Shown piece after piece: positions 60,411-64,000 of a stretch of DNA of 64,000 bases. Made by a program: the position numbers and the translations under genes. Source of the DNA: Azolla caroliniana (lineage: Eukaryota; Plantae; Polypodiophyta); assembly GCA_043228905.1 (NCBI GenBank), contig JBHGNT010000008.1:8370001-8434000 (forward strand), in the 5' to 3' direction. Numbering within the stretch: position 1 is the stretch's first letter; every line of letters begins with the position of its first letter. The notes under the pieces were generated by a model, which searched no databases, was not told the origin of the DNA, and saw only the letters and a program-made list of their open reading frames with translations.

Positions 60411-61310
60411 CTGCAAGAAAACATGCGTAGAAGTTACTAGGATTTGCAATGAATGAAATGAAACCCGTAAAGCCGAAAATGAGAATATGAGAATATGAGA
60501 ATATGAATTGTAAAGATGAAATCACTACTTGTGGCATTTGGTTTTTTCTAATGTTTGATACTGAACATTACGAACTCGTAATCATGATGATTTTTACTTT
60601 GAAAACCTAAAATATCTAACTGTGGTGATTGCAATCGTAAAACCCTAAAAATTGCTATCCCTAACTGTCATGATGTCAAATATAAAACCCTCAATATTGA
60701 TGATTTTAGCAAAACCCTCAACATTAAAGATTACTAGCTGTAGTGATATTAAGTGTGAAATCCACCCCAAAAAATCCATTTAAAAGTCAAAATTTGAAAT
60801 TCCTAACTGCTACATAAAACACTATACTGTAAATCAGTAACAGCTGTAGTTTTAACTATATTAGAATTCCTTGACTGTAGTAAAATGTAGATGCAAAACA
60901 CTCAAGGTTTAAATCCTAGCTGTGGTGGTTTTAACTGTTAAACACTCTACAGGTTAAAATCGTGAAATTTAACTGTGAAGCCGGATCAGTGAATAACCCT
61001 AACTGCAGCTATTTTATATATACGAAATAGCTATGAAGAGCTAGAATTGAAATGATGTATGAACCCCTAAATTTTAATTAAGTGTTTCAATACCCTAAAA
61101 TTTTAAAAATAGCTATGAAACCACAAAATTGAAAAACAAGCATCAATAAAACCCTAAGTTTGGAAATAGCTATGAAACCCTAAATTTGAAAATAGCCACG
61201 GAACCCTAAGGTATCGAAATCCCTGGACGAGGTAGCTTTAGAAACAATATCCAAAAGGGAGACACATGCTCACACTAACTCGCTTTACACAAACAAAAAC
61301 AGAGTAGTAC
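60411..61310 (-). other. Actin 5'-UTR (leader) intron
   Basis: Donor GAG|GTAC at 61310 and acceptor TTGCAG| at 60411, 26 nt before the ATG. Leader introns are typical of plant actins. Confidence 0.7.
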
Positions 61311-63732
61311 CTCAGATCTGAAGTTTCGCAGGGAATTGAAGGAGCTTCTCTTCGACTGTGAAGAATTGGGGGCAAGGGACTGCAAAAATACATACATATA
61401 TATATAATACATACATACATACATAACATACATACATATGTATATATGTATATATGTATATATGTAATAATGTATGTATATGATATGAGTGTATGAGTAT
61501 ATGAGCATAAAAATGGAAGATGGGAGGATTTGAACCTGGTCCCTTTTGCATCCATGCCGTTCGAAATAAAACAATCATGAATGTATGTTATGTGTCGAGA
61601 GATCATCGACGTATGTGTCGATTTGTTGAGCTTCACCCCTCCTAGAGTCCTATGTTCCGATTCCCGAATAAAGGAAAATCTTGCCATTTGGTGATTCTTC
61701 AACAGAAGCAAGGATATGGATTTAGTTTATTTTTGTCTTATCACGGCTCTTGTGATTATGAGACATGAAAATGTTGAGGGCACAACCATTGTGTGGAAGG
61801 GAACCTATGGTTGTTGGTTATCTCACCATCCATCGTTCACAAGTTCTCCAATTTTGTGCATTAGCAATCCATAAATCAATCGAGTTTAATTTTGTGCATG
61901 AACTCTATTTCTCCACCACAAGTATGGAAGATGAAATGTTAACTAACTCTACTGGCAGCTTTATTATTATGTTGGTTCAAACAAGATCGTCGATATATTC
62001 ATATAGATGTAAGCATGTGACCGTTGTTTGTCTCTCATCACCCATTCATATCACGACCACAAACTCATGCATGTTTTGCTAGTGATTATTAACATGCAAT
62101 TTATAGATCAGATACCTAAGGAGTCGAGATTAGAATAAAGAATGTAGTATGCATGCTCAACCATTTTACACGGTTTTACATTCATCCCAATTTGAGCATA
62201 CACTTGCACTTTCAATCGATGAGCATAGTTTGAATGTTGTTTGCTTGAAGCTCAACGGCTTCATATATAGTAGAGATAGGGGAAGCATCAAAAAAGAGTT
62301 TGAATAAAGATGGGATAAACATGAGGCCCACCTTTTATACTTTATAAAGTGTTCAAGGGGGTCACATTCGAAGAAAAAGCACAAGCTATTCGTGTCTCTA
62401 TCTTAGAAGAGATAAGTTCGTATTCAACTTTGTCCTTCAAGTGGGAAAGTTTGATTCCACCATCATGTCATCTAAAGCTTGCTTTTTCCTTGAAAAAAGG
62501 TTCTATCTAAAAGCATCCAACCATTGACAAAATTTGACTAGCACACATTATATTTTGCGAAACGAACAAGTATACATTTTGCCCTTCAAGACAAAAGAAA
62601 CCATACAAACTACAAATATGAGAGGTTTCTGACAAAAAGCAACCCACAACTTTTTCAATTTTCTTTTTATGTCGATGACGAGGAAAATGGCTTGGCCCAA
62701 ATATCAGCATGACACCCGTTGTTGCATTGCACCAAATAGTTATACCAACATATATATATATATATATGTATTAGGGTTAGATTTAGAATATTTAAGTATA
62801 CACAGAAAACGTATGGTCATTGGAAAATCATAAGCAAGAATTGATTTTGGGTTCTACAAGCATAGCACAATCTAAGGATATTAATTGAAATGGATAAACT
62901 CCAAATCTTTCTTGTCATCTTGTTTTTATCAATCTACCTCTCATGTGAGTTCAACCTAAGCAAGTTTGTGAAGGTAATTAATTACTTCTGTGAGACAAGA
63001 ACAAGCTTATAACAAGATATCCTAGCATGGCAACCAACACATATATAAATACATGTACATTTAAATCGATAATAGCTGTTGATGATTATCACTCATTTGC
63101 ATACTTTTATGATCCTTCCTCATGATTACCACTAATTTGCATGCTTTAGATGATTCTTCATCACAAGTATGTACAAGGTTTTGCCAATTTAAAAGACCTT
63201 CCCGCAATGGTTTTGATCATCTACCCTTGTCACATTGTGATTTATTCACAATACAAGTATGCAACATGTAATCATGAAATCTAATACTATTTTGCTTCTC
63301 ACTGTTCTGTTCAATTTTCATTGATAAAAGGCAATCATTATTTTATCATCATATCGTATTGCTAATCTCATCCATAAACATATGAGTAACACCTTGTTCC
63401 TTCTGACACTTTTGTTCTTCATTAGCACTTCAAATCAATACTTTCCGAATCCTTTGAGGTCTTCTTTACTAGGACCAATTTGGACAACCAAGCTTCAGGT
63501 TATATGCCTGACACACTTTTCACAATTAACATAAGTTGAATTGAACCCTGAGGCTCATGACAAGAAGACATTATACTCCATAAAAAACTGTCACCAATTC
63601 AGCGACCAATTTTATTATAGGATGATTCCTTTCTGAAAACATAGGAAAAAATATATATGAACAACTTTGAGAGCTTCCTTGTACATATGCATATATAGAT
63701 TTATTCCATAACAAAAAGCTTTGAGTCCAACC

Positions 63733-64000
63733 TCAAAGCTTGGATAGTCTTTTGTCAGAAATGATGATTCCATCGTTATCCACATAGCACCATTCGCCCG
63801 GAGCTATTCTAACACCCCCAACACTGACAACGACATTCGTAGAACCTTCCCCTTTCTTCGAGCTTTTAAGCGGGTGGGATGCAAGGGCTCTAACCCCGAT
63901 CTCACATTCATTGATCTCATCCACATCACGGACACATCCATTCACGATGATCCCCGCCCAACCATGGTTTTGTCCGATTGCGGCCAAATTACCGCCCAAG
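63733..64000 (-). CDS. RraA-family / 4-hydroxy-4-methyl-2-oxoglutarate aldolase, 5' part outside window
   Basis: LGGNLA...GWAGIIVNGCVRDVDEI...GVRALASHPLKS.KKGEG...PGEWCYVDNDGI. Confidence 0.92.
   Translation of the reverse strand, partial: LGGNLAAIGQNHGWAGIIVNGCVRDVDEINECEIGVRALASHPLKSSKKGEGSTNVVVSVGGVRIAPGEWCYVDNDGIIISDKRLSKL

Noticed and set aside
61515-61580. Third tRNA-like cassette upstream of actin (B box GGTTCAAATCC, 61536-61526)
   Set aside because: No A box at the expected distance. It may be chance or a very decayed SINE.

Overview
Eukaryotic land-plant nuclear DNA (GT-AG introns, plastid transit peptides). The TE content suggests a non-seed plant such as a fern, but that is inference only. 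Six host genes: a trihelix TF (5'-partial), plastid malonyl-CoA:ACP transacylase, chloroplast Cpn60-beta, a plant coiled-coil protein, actin and an RraA/HMG-aldolase (5'-partial). They are separated by two dense nested TE clusters (~5.6-22.7 kb and ~29.5-53.1 kb). I resolved boundaries for several Ty1/copia elements, a non-L1 LINE, an L1 fragment, two solo LTRs, a young Ty3/gypsy with a 4-bp TSD and tRNA-Ala-like PBS, and a young gag-only LTR element with a 4-bp TSD and tRNA-Trp PBS. Most interesting: (1) two unrelated LTR families each carry an antisense tRNA-like Pol III A/B-box cassette (32-nt spacing) near the LTR 5' end, a tRNA analogue of the 5S-bearing Cassandra LTRs; (2) a conserved inverted repeat enclosing the PPT/LTR junction in four copia copies; (3) a probable ectopic-recombination chimera; (4) inverted termini in (AC)n that bracket the whole 23.6-kb second cluster. 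All alignments were done by eye and no database searches were run.
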